Origin: Novakomyces olei
Lineage: Eukaryota
DNA: 64,000 nt
Reading direction: 5' to 3'
Assembly (NCBI GenBank): GCA_016906335.1
Contig: JADEYG010000015.1
Location: forward strand, 868,001 to 932,000
In this document: positions 63,862-64,000 of the stretch, piece after piece
Layout: the number at the start of each line of letters is the position of its first letter
Position numbering within the stretch: position 1 is the first letter of the stretch
Made by a program: the position numbers and the translations under genes
Notes under the pieces: model-generated
The model's database searches: none
Told to the model about the DNA's origin: nothing
The model's input: only the letters and a program-made list of their open reading frames with translations

Positions 63862-64000
63862 TATTATATTATATTATATTATATTATATTATATTATATT
63901 ATATTATATTATATTATATTATATTATATTATATTATATTATATTATATTATATTATATTATATTATATTATATTATATTATATTATATTATATTATATT
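63862..64000. repeat. (TATTA)n microsatellite running off the window end
   Basis: Read directly, upstream of ORC5. Confidence 0.95.

Overview
Gene-dense, intron-rich fungal nuclear DNA from an ascomycete yeast-like organism. It has short GT-AG introns with CTAAY branch sites, a complex I subunit, cactin and CTNNBL1. An early-diverging Saccharomycotina or a Taphrinomycotina lineage is plausible, but that is inference only. The window opens inside a ferrichrome-type siderophore NRPS and continues through about 26 conserved housekeeping genes and two tRNAs, with long AT-rich simple repeats often sitting in promoters. The clearest unexplained structure is a near-identical ~530-bp inverted repeat pair (24370-24906 and 30011-30533) bracketing a 5.1-kb block that contains a golgin and PEX16. 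Each copy has an E-box, a TATA box and a downstream region that folds into G·U-containing hairpins and also carries a ~100-codon orphan ORF. It may be an unannotated duplicated structured RNA or small gene, and possibly an invertible cassette. Other oddities are a tRNA-Arg(CCG) with a paired A18/G55 change, frequent AAG 3' splice sites, stopless in-frame introns and perfect tandem duplications inside the NRPS. All calls come from reading motifs by eye; no database searches were run.
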